A stretch of DNA of 56,610 nucleotides, filler included, from Sphacelaria rigidula (Eukaryota), in NCBI GenBank assembly GCA_964200075.2. It is 5 parts of 5 records of this genome, joined end to end, with 100 filler letters (N's around TTAATTAATTAA, not from the genome) between each part and the next. Parts side by side here need not be neighbours in the genome. Positions count along the whole stretch, not along the records: positions 34,029 to 45,269 come from CAXNAA020005183.1; positions 45,370 to 56,610 come from CAXNAA020005184.1; 3 more parts are not named here. One strand, written 5' to 3'. Of this stretch, positions 36,754 to 50,440 are shown one piece after another. The position numbers and the translations under genes were made by a program. The notes under the pieces were generated by a model, which worked only from the letters and a program-made list of their open reading frames with translations, had not been told where the DNA came from and ran no database searches. Within the stretch, counting starts at the first letter, position 1; every line of letters begins with the position of its first letter.

Positions 36754-39700
36754 TTAACGGAAAACATTTCTTGCTCCCCCGCCAAAGAGCACAAGCTGTA
36801 TGCCCTGCCCAGCAACCGCAGCTAAGACTGACTGCCTAGGCACATCACGCGTTGCCTCCCCTACCCGTTGCTTGCTTGTAGATAAATTGGTTGTGACCGG
36901 CGCAGTTTCTCCATGTGTACGGTGGCTAACGACGCTGCTCGCACCAACCAATCGTTCGTCTAAGCCAAAAGTTGGATACCCCATCGATGTGTGGGAGGTA
37001 CAAGCACTGTCACCGGATCCTGTCGCAGGATCCACCTGTGCGTCGTGAACGGGAAGTTCGACCACAGCCAGAGAGCTGACATCACACACATCGGTCACAC
37101 AGCCAGCCCGCCATTTCAGGTGCCATCGTCGCTCCCGTCGGTTGCGATTCTCTCCATGTCTTCCCCCAACAGATTCAGCAGTCTCGTCGCGGACGTCCTC
37201 TGTTGCTGCGCCTCTTACAAGGCTTTCTTTGTTCGCGCCCATGGCTACCTTCGCAGAATCTGCCTCGCTCTCCCTGTGATTGGAATCACCGCGTGCGCCT
37301 CGTCTTCCGCTGGTACTGCCACGAGCCGAACGAACATATTTCTCGTGAACATGGTGAGTTTCGAAGACCTCCCAACGGGACAGTCGCTGATCTCGGGAGA
37401 CGGTGAACATTGTCGTTACAAATTTCGGCGTATGGTGACCACCAACACGATCAGAGCTTCCTGGCGCTGGCGTGAACCTCGGCATCGCGCTAGATCTATC
37501 TGGAGAAGCAGCTGCAGTCATAGTAGAAGAAGTGGTGGTTGTAGGCTGTGTTATCTGCGCGGGTGGCACTAGAGCTATGCCCTTGATTGCGGACCCCGCC
37601 GCTTCCGTGGTTATCTCCGGCGAAGCTCCCACAAGGCGAGCGGCAACCAGCCTGACGCCACAGAGCGAAAAAGGATCACAAAATATCAAACAGAAACATG
37701 GGCGGACTGATTTTGAACTGAAGTGAACCCAACTTTTGCTTCAGCTGGCCTAAATACTGGTTCCCCTCTATTGGAAAGTTATACAGCCAGTAATCTAGTT
37801 GTCCGTTTCTGTGTGGGTTTCAAGTCTGTAGCAAATGAGCGGCACAATAGGTTCCGGTTCGAAGGATCCTAACCCCAACAATGACCCCGGGTACGAGGAC
37901 CTTTTTAGCCACGTAAGCTCGTAGGATACGGCAGTGTGCTGCAATTGTTTGTGAGTATCGTAGGTTGAGTAAGAATCCAGTCTGTGAGCTGGCACACCAA
38001 CACGTCAGTAACTCCCAACGCTCGATACGTGCGCCCCACACATCATATTCCTAGATGTGTACACCTGATATTTCATGGAGAACACAGAACTGCTAAGGGA
38101 TCTATTGCCGCGTGCCATCCGGTTCAACCTCAGCGTAAAGAACTATACTCCCCTAGGCAACTCGACATGGTAAGCACTTTCATCTCAGACAACACTTGGC
38201 CCCACCTGTCATGCCTGCCAGAACTGACTCTCTGCTCGCCAACTACACCTCGGCGGTCCTGATCATTTTCAAGGCACTCAGAAGCGCGATCGGATAACGA
38301 AATCTCGACCTCGGCGACGCAAATGGCGTGGTCGTCTCCACCTGTTACGATCAGCAAGCGGTCGCCATCCGCAGCCACTTGCACCGCCACACAGAGGACT
38401 CCGAGCTTTCGGGCGACACACGGAAACATAATGTATCCGCGCACGAGGAAAACGTCCAAAAGAGTACAGTACAACAACACGATACGACGTTGGAGTATAG
38501 AACACGCGACAAGCATCACGCGTGCGGTGTAGAGGTACGCTTTACTCGCATCTACTGCTGCTAGTAAAGGTTATCTTCGACGTGCGACGTGAAAATCCGC
38601 ACGATGCGCGACTCCTCACATGTTGCGCTTGGGACGAAGTACGACCTCTCCATGTGACAGTGAATACGCGATTACCTGAAGGTCTATGATATCAGAAAAC
38701 ATGCGCACCCAGAGGCTGTTATACGCACCACAAGTGCTGAATTCAACGCACCTGATGAGCGCGGTACTCCAAGACCGGAACTAGTCGAGGGTATGAAGAA
38801 TTACCCTTCTCCTCGGCCGCGCAGCCCGCGGCGGCCCCACGTCGTCGCCCGGACGGCCCTCGATACACGAAACCATCCCTTTCCACCTCTGCGCGAGCTT
38901 TTCGCTCACCGCCGTCAACACCATCTGTTGTCCCTGTGTCGTCGTCAGAAATCGACGATTTATCTGCTGTACGCATCAACACCTGCCATACCGTTACCGT
39001 ACCTCCGGTGTCGCCCGTAACAATGAGATCTGCTGTTGCCATTGCCGTCGATACATTTACGTCGGACCGCGAAATCGGTGGCAGGGATGGTGTGGTCATC
39101 GGCTGGACCTGAAACGCGGCGACCCGAGCATGCACGACGCAAAGTACCGACCTGCCGCCCATCGACACCCACCGTCCCACGGGAGACGACCGTGGCTCAA
39201 TAATTTCTGTGTCTCCATCGCCGCGGGCTCGGCCGGCGCCGCCACCAAATCCAACCTTTGAGATCACGTATACAGATACTCCACCCCCGGAATCACCTGC
39301 AATTACGACAATGTCCTCCTGATGTGCGGTTTCCGTGTCGCAGCCGCCGCGGGAAGCTTCTTGGATTGCAGCCCTTCGGGGCACCACGCAAAGGCACATG
39401 ATGCGGTGAGCATGGAGTGTAGAGCCGGGGGTTGGCGTCGTGGTCAGGAGCCACCGGACCTGAGGGTTGAATTCATAGTCGGGAGCAGTATTGCGTGGGG
39501 GTAGGCAACGGCTACAGGTCAAGGGCTGGTGCTACCGTAGAAGAGAACAGGTGAAGCAATATAAGTGTAGTTTATACCAGATTGATGAACCACGTGCTAT
39601 AGTTTGAATACGTGTGCATACCCAGAACAGCTAGAATAGTGTCGACGATGCCGGGTGCATGGGTACACCAAGAAGGCCGTGCCAAGATCAAACGACAACA

Positions 39701-42700
39701 GGCACAGCAAACGCAAGAGAAGGAAGCCCATCCACTACATCAAGTCGACAAGTGACCTACGAGTGTACAGGAGCAGGGCGGTAACAGGCGTGTTCCACCA
39801 CCACTAACGGAGAGAGGGTATCTTAGGGAACACCCTGAAAACAAAATCACGATTGATTTCGCCCTGATACAGTCGGACGAATCGTGGACAGCATGCTTCG
39901 CATGAATCTGGGCTTCACAAATCAAAAGGTCCCCAAGTGGCACATAGTTTGTGCAAGGCCACTCACGTACCAGAGGCGCGCCGCCGCGGTGTTGACACTC
40001 GAATCCCTCAGATGACGATATTTTCTTCTCGTCTCCACTTTCCCCTGGTAAGGCATAAGACCACACACGCAACTCCAATTTGCCCCCCCCAGACACGATC
40101 ACTGGGCATCTTCGTTCTTGATCGGCTCCTGTTATATCCCCGGCAAAATCAACACCTATGGCGCCGATCGATGATTCATGCGGTGGCAGCGTCTGCGCGA
40201 CAGTCGCGGTATATGTTGTGCGGCAAGTTCTTGGCAACACATCGGGAAGCAGGGGACCGTCAGTAGTGGTGTTGTTGACACATTTTTGCGGCCGATGATG
40301 GCGGTCACAGTTCAGATGGTCAGCAACGCCCAGGTTGTTGTTCTTGCTCTTGTTCTCACTGGTGGTGGCCATGATGGCGGTGGTGTTATCGGAAGAGCTC
40401 AAGATATCCAGAAGTTTTACGGTGCCGTCTTCGCCCCCTGCAGGGTACAGCAACGGGAGCAAAATGGGTTGTGAAAAGATCCTGAGTCATCGCTGGCACA
40501 CACCCACGGAATTATGTTGCGCTTCGCTTGTAGCGCTATATTTCAAACAAGCGGCGGTTTCGATACCAATTCTGAGTCGAATGAGCCGGCGACAAGACGA
40601 AAGAGGGAATGCAACAACGACAAGGCTGTTTTGAGGGGGAAGAAAGCTGGGTAGTGGGATCAAACGCGTATCAGCCGCCAACGCAAGCCCAGATTCCCAC
40701 AGCAAATATGCGCGACTTCACCTGTCACCAGACGCAGCCCTGTCAGCCGCCTGTCACGCCCGCTTCCCATTCTGGTCACCTGGCCCTCAATCCCCGGAAG
40801 AAACCGAACTGAAGCCGCACGCTGACTGTGAAACGCCCGACCAAGGCTATACGCGAATTCTCGTTCCCCAGCCGGGACGTCAACGCCGAACGCCGGGCTA
40901 AACAAAGCGTGCTCGGAGTGCAAAAATCTTACTTTCTCGGTGGATTGTAAATCGCTACTCAACGTGCTGCTGACAGGCCGCGCTCGCGAACTCCTCAACG
41001 ATTTCTGCCCACCGTCGTCATACTCAGCAGAATGCATTGCAGCCGTGATACCGTGTTTGGTTGGTCTTGTCGACGCCGTGTCACCAGGGGCGCATCCAGC
41101 GAATTTCCACCGTTCCCCTGTAAGGAACACCTTGTCCTGCTGCCCGATAATTGTTGAATGATAAGCCAGCCGAAATGCACCCCGTCCACCTTCTCGCCGC
41201 TCTCTCTTCAACTCCCCGGCACCGCAAGCTTCCGATGCCCCTCGGTCAACTGTTTCGATACGGCTACCACTTGGGGGGCACGCTATTTTGAAATCCTCGT
41301 TGCGGGTAGCTGTCACCGCTGATATCGGGCGAGTAAAGATGGCGGTGTGGCGGGGGACCAAAGCAGTGTTCGCAATGCTGCCGCCGCGGGGGCGGGAAGT
41401 GCGAAGCTCGGCACGGGAGGGCGATGAATCTACATCATCTGGCGAAGGGAGTGAATGCGCCGGAAGCGTGCATGGCCACGAAAGTCGAAGGTCCTGCGCC
41501 AGGTGTCTGTCGCCACACTCCAACTGGCATGCACGGTCGACCGGAAAGGTACCAAAGAACGGGAAATCGTCAGATGGTGGCGCACAGGAATACAGGTGAT
41601 CCATCATGAACCGGTGGTGTAATGGTCCGACTGTCGCCAATAGGGTGGAGAAAACGAGGGTTCGATTCCCGATCCGTAGGGGTTTTTCTTCGTAATGTAT
41701 GATTTCCACCGTGGAAAGCGTGAGAACATGAGTGAACAAAGAAGTCTACTGGATTTGTGTGACTTGAGTTGACGCGGTGTGGGGGTGCTGACCCAATCCG
41801 CGAGACCAAAATGAAGGCGCGTACCGGGGGAGAGATGGGTTGATCCCTTGAGACCACGGACTCATCCCGAGGAAGGGGAGGGGTTCGAAGTGCGAGGGGG
41901 AAAAAAGTCAAGGTATACTCACGTACGCAAAAGTAATTGTACGGGATGTAAATCTCTGAAGAAGCGCAAAGGCTACGACATATTTCAATATTTGGAGGTA
42001 CGCGTCGCTGGCATTGCAGCCGATTCTAGCGCCGTCGGCTGCTGCGCACTCCGATAAACCTGTCGCCACACCAATCTTTGCTGACAAAATACTTACGCCG
42101 AAAGTTTTTGCAAAAAAAGAGCGAGACATTCCCTAGAATCAAGAGCAGGTTTTTTTTTTACGTTTACAGGAAAGGGTTCAGGCTGAAATATTCAGGCATT
42201 ATGTACCCCGCTCTTACATGAAAGCGAGAGCTATCCGCACCTCCATGAGCTGTCGACCCTCGGTCACGTCCCACACCGACATGGAATTTGATCCAGATCT
42301 TCCCGCCACTGCGACGCGGAGTGAAGCTTGCCCTCCGCGTTGGGAGCTGAGATGTTCGCCTTGTGTATCCCCCGAACACTTGCCAAAATTTTCATTGTTG
42401 CCGCTGCCGTCACTACGACCAACCCACAGCTCAGAAATGGCAGTAATTGGCGCGGTCGGGTAGCATGTGACAAGGGTCAGCACCAAGCGTGGTGTAAATG
42501 GCCGCGAGTCACCGGTGTTGTCGCAAGGGTGGTAGGAGATGACGTAGTGGTTCACATGCCCATCGTGGCCCGCAGACAGAAGGCAATTGCCGAGGAGAGC
42601 CAGTCGACTAATCTAAGAGTAGCCAAGGAAACGGGATTGGAAGCAGGTCAGGGAAAGGTGAGAGAACCGTGATTTGTGCACACCTCATGGTGATCAGACA

Positions 42701-44821
42701 GCGCTACCATTTGCTTACCCAATAGAATAAGCCGAGGCATGCGAATCACAGCGTACAGCAGCAACAAGCGGACCGGAATTGGACGAGATTGGCTCGCCAA
42801 CGCGCCTCGCGTCAAACCACAGCGTCGAGGAGCCAATATCAAGCACAAGCTTGGACAAAGCTCGTGCCATGTTGATACACGTCCGAATGTAGCACTTCGA
42901 ACAGGGCAAGACCAACAACGACAAATGAAAACCCAAGGTGCTGGTTTTTGGAGCTTGAATCATGCAGGACAACTCCAATCGATACTCCATAGCTCCAAGG
43001 GTGCTTCCTTTCTCCGTTCAGCAAGTGACGAGTCGCACGCATACATATGGGAAGCGCGCACGAGTGGCACAGCATACGCACCTGATCCTTGCCGTGCTGC
43101 CGCCTGAGCACCAAGCATGGCGCACCGTCTTGATGTGCAGACTTGTCCATTCCCTTACCCTTCTCCAAATCACCCTGACCACAGTCTGTCGCCACTATAG
43201 ACGCGATCGACCTATCATCAGCGGCGTCCTCGTTTTCCTCGAGTTGCTTCAAGAAGCCAAAAATGTTACCCTTGGTATCTCCGCAAAATACAGCGGCTCT
43301 CACATCACATTGACCGTAGATCCGGTCGACGACATCTGCCCCGGAAGCAGTGGCGCCTTCAGATGAATTCCGCGTCCCCACCGCACTTCGTTCGTTGAAG
43401 TGAGTACTCATTCGGTGACTGGCTTCGTCTAATACGAAGCTCGTCACAGTGGCGGCAGGACCCGCGCGGCATCTCTGGAGGCATTAGTGCGAGAAAAGAG
43501 CGCGTGGGCGGGGGGGGGACACAGCAGAGGCAGGAAGTGGCATCAAGCATGGTTGTTAACGTGCCATTAACACTGTTAGCGCGAAAAATGGGTGTGACTT
43601 GAGGTTAAAAGGTCCAGGTACGAGTGGCAGGGCCGCTCCAAGCGTTTACTGCACCGGTTTTGCGTGGAGACTGCAAATTTTTCACGCCGGCAACTCAACG
43701 ACCACCGACCGCCCCATGCATGTAGTTCTTGCCTCATCGAACACAGCATTTCTTACCGTCATGCACAAAGTGGGCCCACGGCATCACACCACTTTTGAAA
43801 GCTCACCATTCTCAGGAGTGGCGGCCGTGAAACCTTCCTCGTGGCCCTCGAGCTACTGGAGCCGCAATCCGGTGGCCAGTCCCACCACGCGAGGGTACCG
43901 TCCGCAGCCGCTGTCACAAGGGCACCGTGATATCCAGCTGCGCTCGGATGCTCTCGAAACACACTTCGCAAGCGAGACGTCTCGAGAGCAGCTAAATGCG
44001 ATGGACGCGCAACCATCGGCGTGTAGTCGCCCGGTCCATCGACGGTACTAGCGCGGCATCCCGCAAGCCACACAGAGGTTACACGAGCATCGTGCCCTTT
44101 CCATTTTTCGCTGACACGCCACACGGCGGAAGCTTTAGCCTCCTCTGCGCGTGACCTGCCACCGTCGGCACCGACAGGTGAGGAAAGGGTCTGCTGCTGC
44201 TCCTGCTGCTGCTGCTGCTCCTGCTGCTGCTCCTGCTCCTGCAACTGCGTTAGCACAAAAAGCCATCCGTCATCACGACCGATAACGATTGAAGCACCAC
44301 TGTGGAATCCGTTGCAACCGTCCCACGACAAACCTTGTGCCACACCACCACCGCCGGGATGTTGAGAGCATTCTTCGCCAGACTGCGCGCTGCGAATGCC
44401 ACCGTCACCAACACCAGCGCCCTCCGCTGACCTGCACCCCGTCACCGCAATGGCGGACACACCTTCACTCAACAGACGGTCATCCAGCGTGACTCCTTTC
44501 GTGTCTCTCTCGCCCAGGCACCCATAGCTGTGTTCGGCTATCGGGCCTTCCCCGTGTTGACTCCCTCGAACATAGGCACCATTATGGGGGAAATCCTTGC
44601 CCGCTGCAACGTGTACCGAAGAATCATCTAGACCACTTGCCGTCACGTGCTCCCAGCTCCCGATCGCCAGGTCAGAAACCCACCAAACCGCACCATCGGT
44701 GAAAAGCAAGGCCGCCGCCTCTCCTCGCTGGCACAGATGTACCTGCCGTACAATCGCCGGGCGTTGTCGCTGCCTGCGACGTCCACGGTTTTTGCCGGCG
44801 TCTTGCCTCTCATTTGAAAGG
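36754..44821 (-). CDS. WDR6: WD-repeat protein 6 (Trm734/Rtt10; partner of the tRNA 34 2'-O-methyltransferase), 3' part, multi-exon
   Basis: Ordered motifs CGDTKGNI, HGKDQ-I..L...LLSAGHDG, VWD...LMELECG, FHSQRAASV, LVTGGEDGTVKL, HESSI, IVSGGGKLELRVW, HRIMCL, VTGDTGG, AHQLGV, VTGGDDHAI, SAIKGI, SRDQRLSRW, VCDVSSL, AVAGQGIQL. Inferred exons: 44821-43807, 43474-43082, 42612-42241, 41523-40722, 40437-39971, 39459-38752, 38405-38206, 37651-36754 (stop). Confidence 0.88.
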
Positions 44822-45269
44822 CTGGTGACGGAGTAGAGCGGGGTGACCGCAGGACACATCGCAGGAGCGATAGAGCGTAGGTGTAACGCAGCTGGTGGGG
44901 GTACGATGTCTGTCTGCCCCCAGTTTGTGTTGCTCCTGTGCGGAAATATGTCGCGGGGATGAGACACACACATATGAATGGTCTCGACCAGAAAGATGTC
45001 CAGCAACATTTTGAAGGTGGGCACGCGCAACGAGGCATGTATTGCAATCCACCGGGCTGGACTTGAGATCGACCGATGCAGAATGGTGGACTACTGCGTG
45101 AGCGTGCTGGGCTGTGCATCCGTGAGAGTTGAAATATTCCCATCCCCTGGCCCTACGCGTTTGAATGCATGGGCGACGGGTATATAGCTGGATCACCCGG
45201 CACAACGGTGAGGGGGGGGGGGGGGGGGGTTCGCATTTTGTTTTGCTCTGGTTTTCGCATAGTATTTTG

Positions 45270-45369
45270 NNNNNNNNNNNNNNNNNNNNNNNNNNNNNNN
45301 NNNNNNNNNNNNNTTAATTAATTAANNNNNNNNNNNNNNNNNNNNNNNNNNNNNNNNNNNNNNNNNNNN
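45270..45369. other. Artificial contig-joining spacer
   Basis: 44N-TTAATTAATTAA-44N. Confidence 0.98.
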
Positions 45370-46422
45370 AAGGGCATTTTACTAAAACCTCAAAACTGAT
45401 TATTGCCCTTAATTTACGGGAAAAAAAAATCGTCGGGACCTCACAAACAGCTTTTCTTCATGCCCTGTTGATTGTCCTTACCAAATTTCACTTTTCAACC
45501 TAAAAAAAATACGAATTTACCTTTGAAAAACCGGGCCGGCGGAAATTCGGAACAATATTTGCAGGCCGTTTACCGGTCCACGTTTGGCGTTTGTGGGTTG
45601 AAACTTTGTGCGGGATCTTGCTACAAAGGTCGTGAGGAACCAAGGAAAATGGGTGAGGTTGGGTTTTGTTTTATTCTTCACTAATTGAGGGCGTTTTAGT
45701 ATGGTAACGATAATTTTTTTACGAGAACGCTCGAACCTCTCATGAAAAAAAAAAATGAAGGCCCATTTTGTTTTACTCAGCATACCTGTGTCGTTCTCCA
45801 TGCCAAGTTTCAAGTCACAATTCCAAAAATTGAGCTGAAAAATTGAGATAAGGCCCAAGAACAATGTTCATTTCTCCTCAAAACCCCCCTAAAAACACGA
45901 AAAAATATGAATAAGAAAGAAAAACACGAAAAAGGCTGTATTTTTTATTTCATTATGCACTAGCGGTTCTCCATACCAAATTTCATAGCACAACTCTCAA
46001 AAAACTGAGACGCGATATCCAGATTTAGGTCATCTAGTGCCTCTGCTCGTAATATACTGATTCTAGTACGGAAAATTATGTGCGGCAAATCTCGAGATAG
46101 ATAACAAATTAGGTGAAGGTGAGGGTATATATCGTCCCCCCGTGCTCCAGGAAAGGTCCACACCAAAAATCGTCATCATCCGCTTGATCGATCGTCCGGG
46201 GTTTCATGAAGATTTTAGTCTAGACTCTATCTCCGCTAGGTATAGGAATTACGATACATGGGGTTTACTCGACGAGAAAAAAATGGCCTAGATTTTCGAG
46301 CAGATGGGCACCTTCCTCTTGATTGGACGATTCATACGATATGCGGATCACGGCCCAACTCGCCTTTGTCCTCGAGATTTCGCTTTGAGAGCTTAAATCC
46401 GTTTTTAGGCTGGCCCCGCTCG
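45370..46422. mobile_element. Second copy of the 1.2-kb TA-type DNA element, left end lost at the contig start
   Basis: Collinear similarity to 3507-4565; ends GGCTGGCCCCGCTCG. Confidence 0.85.
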
Positions 46423-46547
46423 TCCTGTCTACTGTTGGGCATGATGTGAGAAATAATCCCAGGTCGTGTGACTTCACCAAGGTTCGAACCCACGTCCCAA
46501 CCGTCAGAAATTTTTAAGTTTAACAACTGAGCCACCGGGACGACCGG
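46423..46547 (-). mobile_element. tRNA-derived SINE head
   Basis: Minus strand CCGGTCGTCCCGG-TGGCTCAGTTG (A box)...GGTTCGAACC (B box) at tRNA-like spacing, with no intact cloverleaf. Confidence 0.7.
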
Positions 46548-47516
46548 TTCACATCGGATATTTGAACTTTGTTGTTATCAACGTTTCACACTCATATGGG
46601 TAAGGGAGTACATTTCAAAATGGGTCAAGAAATATGTCAGGATATTTTGTTTTAATGAGTAGGGAATGTTTTTGCGTGACAGGTTGAGAAATATTTTGGA
46701 ACACAAACTTTCCACATTCCCCTACTTATGGATGGCGACAAGAAATTAAAAAGCAGTATCGAGGGTTCGCAGCAGAAACCAGTAGCGAGGTACTGGAGTG
46801 TACTACCCTTTTGCGCGAGCTCCACATTTGTTAATATCCCATTGGATTAGTGTTTAACGTCTATCGAATCGGACACGTGGGCTATAGACCCCTCTTCGTG
46901 AGGTGATGCATGGTGGTGGACGTGGTGGCGAAATCCGGTTTTGCGGCCAAATATTTTGCCGAATGTCTCAAAACTGAAGAATCTGAACAAAAAATCCGGT
47001 CCCCATGATATGTACCCTCAACCCTTCAGAGCCCTGGGTTCATCAACGGCCAAAATCATGTTTTGTTGTGTGGTGGTGAGTGAGAAAAATAACGCATGCA
47101 TCAGATTGAAGCCCACAGTCAATCACGTGCGGTCAGTGCGGGTCAGATCTCAAAGAGGAGGATACCACAGCACACTGGAGAACACAGCACACCACATATC
47201 ACAGCACCGCACAGGACACAATATTCTTATATGCAGCATGCATATCTGTGTGCGAACCTGCCACCGATAGACGTGACTCCCAGCACGATGTCAGGTCAAC
47301 AGCTACGCGTCGTGGGAGTAGCAAGACTAAGCGAGGACAAGCACGCGGAAAATGTGCCCCCAACCACGCCACTGCCAGCCGTGTCAGTCTGAATTTCTCA
47401 GCGTGTCACTACCTACTTGACGCCGGCACGATTAAGGTCCGCAACATGAGCTCCTTGTCTGATTGAGGTGTGTTTCGTAATTTTTTTACTGCTTTTCATC
47501 TTCAATTTTCGGACAG

Positions 47517-49372
47517 GCCAAGCAAGCCAGGCAGTTTCTTCATGGGATTTGCCAAGTCAAACTAAGCTCAAATTCAGGCAACCTGGACAGAACAGCGAGG
47601 GAGAGCTTCGTAAGCGGGACACCCGGGCGCACGTGGAAGACAATGAGCGTCGTGCACACGACAGAAAACCAATCGATAACAATCGACGCTATGGTGAGAT
47701 TTCAATCGGATGGTTTGCCCCTGACCGGGTGCGCTTTTATCCATGCATGTCATGTATTGTTTTTGGCGCGCTTGTGGGTTGTGCTGCTGCGAGCGGTTAT
47801 TCTTGAAGAAAACAGGAGATGCAGTCCAACACTGACACTTTTCCGCCATGTCATCTTGACTCCTCTACTAGATGAAGGCGGCGCTGCTCGAGGGCGGGAT
47901 CGCTTACAGCTGTTATTAAAAGAACAGGTGGAGGTGAACTTAGATGACGTGAAGAAGTACGACGACGCAGACGACGCGGACAGTGGTGATGACCTCGACA
48001 GCAGTGACTCGGATGACGACTCTGACGATGATGAGGAGGCACTGGAGAAGGAATTAGAGAAGATACGGAAGGAGCGAGAGGAAGCCCGCAAAAAAAAGGT
48101 GCGATTTTGGTTGTGCTCTTCTCACGTCGCACCTCTCTGGAGCACCATGAGGTGCGATAGCTTCGCTCGAAAGCGTGGCTTCATTTCCAGCTATGGACCG
48201 AATGGATGCAAATCTGACTTTTTGAGCTCATGTTACTCTATACCATTTGTACGACACACGGAGAATCGATATGGCGCATCGCTGACTCCCAGAATATGTA
48301 AATGGGGGAATATAAAAATATCAAGCGTTGGAAATTCAGCAATACACAAGTCCGTGATCACAATTGGCAGAGACATCATGAAACACAGTACGTTCATAAC
48401 GTCAATGTATCAAGCTTCCTGTCGCCCCTGGGTATTCGTATCGCAGCCTCAAGCAATGGAATAATGGCTCATTTTCGTGGTGCATGCATGATTTATCGTC
48501 GTCGTGTGATGCCAGGAGCGTGAGGAGGCTGAGCTCGAGGAGAATAGGAAGCGGGTGAGACCTCTTCAAAAATAGCGGTATGCGGTAACAATAAGTGGAA
48601 CGAGTTTGAACGATAGTTGTACTTGAACGATAGTTGTACATGGAGATTTAGCTGAAGGCGGTCCATTCTCCTGCACTATTAATAATTTGTACGTGACTGT
48701 TTTCTTCATGGCTTTGTTACACGGCACAATATGAAATAGCGTCCTGCACTGATCACTTGATTTTGTATGGTGGGCACCTAATACATGTCTTTCCGGGGCA
48801 TCCGGTACTCATCTCGACCCCATACCTGTCGGAAACTCCATGACGTCCACACAGGAAGCCGCCATGACTGGTAACATCTTGCTTACTCAGAGCACCAGCT
48901 CGCAGGTCAAAAGAAGGTGAGTAATTTCGGTTTGCTGTTCTTTCTGTCTGTTCAAATGCCGTACGAGAGCCGGGCAACCAATCGGGGCGTGTGCAACGCA
49001 ATCCAAGTGTCTACTAGAACTGACGAAGGGATCTCACACTAATGTTCAAGCTGCCACGGGTAAAGTGAGGTGCTGATCACTCGAACATGCCGGCACCCTG
49101 GTACCCAGTTAGGTGATATTTGGTGAGCTATTGTTATTGACTCCCCTTCGCGGTATATAAATCGTGACCTGCTAATGTTCTCTGCCTCGTGATGGATGCG
49201 ACGTCGGCCGTATTGTCATCGTGTTGTGCAATACTCATCGCGCGGCAGGTGGAATGATGATGTCGTTTTCAAAGGCCAGGCACGAACAGAGCCCGAGACC
49301 AAGAAGCGGTTTGTTAATGATACAATCCGCAACGACTTCCACCGGCGTTTCCTCACAAAATACATCAAGTAG
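47517..49372 (+). CDS. CWC15: Spliceosome-associated protein CWC15/Cwf15 (first exon not located)
   Basis: Exons 47517-47693 (SSWDLPSQTKLKFRQPGQ), 47872-48098 (acidic tract, LEKELEKIRKER), 48516-48554, 48855-48916 (MTGNILL..VKR) and 49249-49372 (RWNDDVVFKGQAR...KRFVNDTIRNDFHRRFLTKYIK*). All GT-AG and in phase. Confidence 0.95.
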
Positions 49373-50440
49373 ACGCGACCTGCGAATATGATGATACCCT
49401 GTCCACCCGGAGTAGATTCTGTAGTTTTTTGGGGAGTGTCACTGGATGGGCGAAGGAGCAATCGGTAATCACAGTGTTGTCAACGATATAATGCGAGACT
49501 GTCAATGTGGCGCGAAGCAAGCCACGACCAACAACGTTTTCGTGGGATCGAGAGTAGAGGATACGATTGAGAGTGAAGAGCGGTCAATTAGGGAATGAGC
49601 CGTTTCAGTTCCGAAATGCCCCTCCACAAAGCCCGATACGCTTTCTGTACCAGCTTTGCCACTGAGGCCCTTGATAGCTCTGAGTAGGATTGATTGATTG
49701 GCATCAACGTGTAGCTGTGAGCACTCAGGTTGAAGCAAATTACCGAGGCTACTCTCAATCAGCGCTCCACGTTCAATTCCACAAAATCGTTGTGTGACCT
49801 CGCATGAGATAGTCCTGTACACTCTTCGACTTCCCCTGCAACTCGCCCACTGCTGTCACTGCGTTCATCCAACGTAGTTCGAGTCGGGGAGCTGTTGTCT
49901 GGGTCGAGGGGAGCCCGCGATTTCCAAGATACAAAGTTGAGGGTGTAAATACATGGGGTGTGGCTCGCACACGTCGACAACAGAAATGAAGACTCCTAGA
50001 TGGAGCCATGCGCTGAAACAAACAACAGGGAACGCGTGGCGTGTACTCATGCGAGACCAACGCTGGAGGCAATCATTGAGTACCGGGTGACTGATAAACA
50101 GGATAGAGCAATCTTGAGGTAAAATATATCCGTTGTTGGCACACGAGCTGTGGATACGCCACGTGGACGTTATCTAGGCGTGAGCCACCACTCGTGTTGC
50201 AGTACCATTTGTCCTCACCCTCGAGCAGTGACGCTATTGCGCTTTGTCGATGCATTTCCCTGTAGGCCCCTATTTCTACGAATGGACTTTGATCTCTCCA
50301 GTCGACCACGCAGCTCGTTTCGCGCTGTATATTTGTAGCTACTTTCCATGCACCTGGGTGGAACTTGGAAAACACAACCAAGATGGGACGACATAGATGT
50401 TCGGCCGTCAACCGTAAAGGTTGACATCCTCCGACATGGA

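Noticed and set aside
46470..46547. Possible tRNA gene
   Set aside because: A and B boxes are present but acceptor and anticodon stems do not form; treated as a SINE head.
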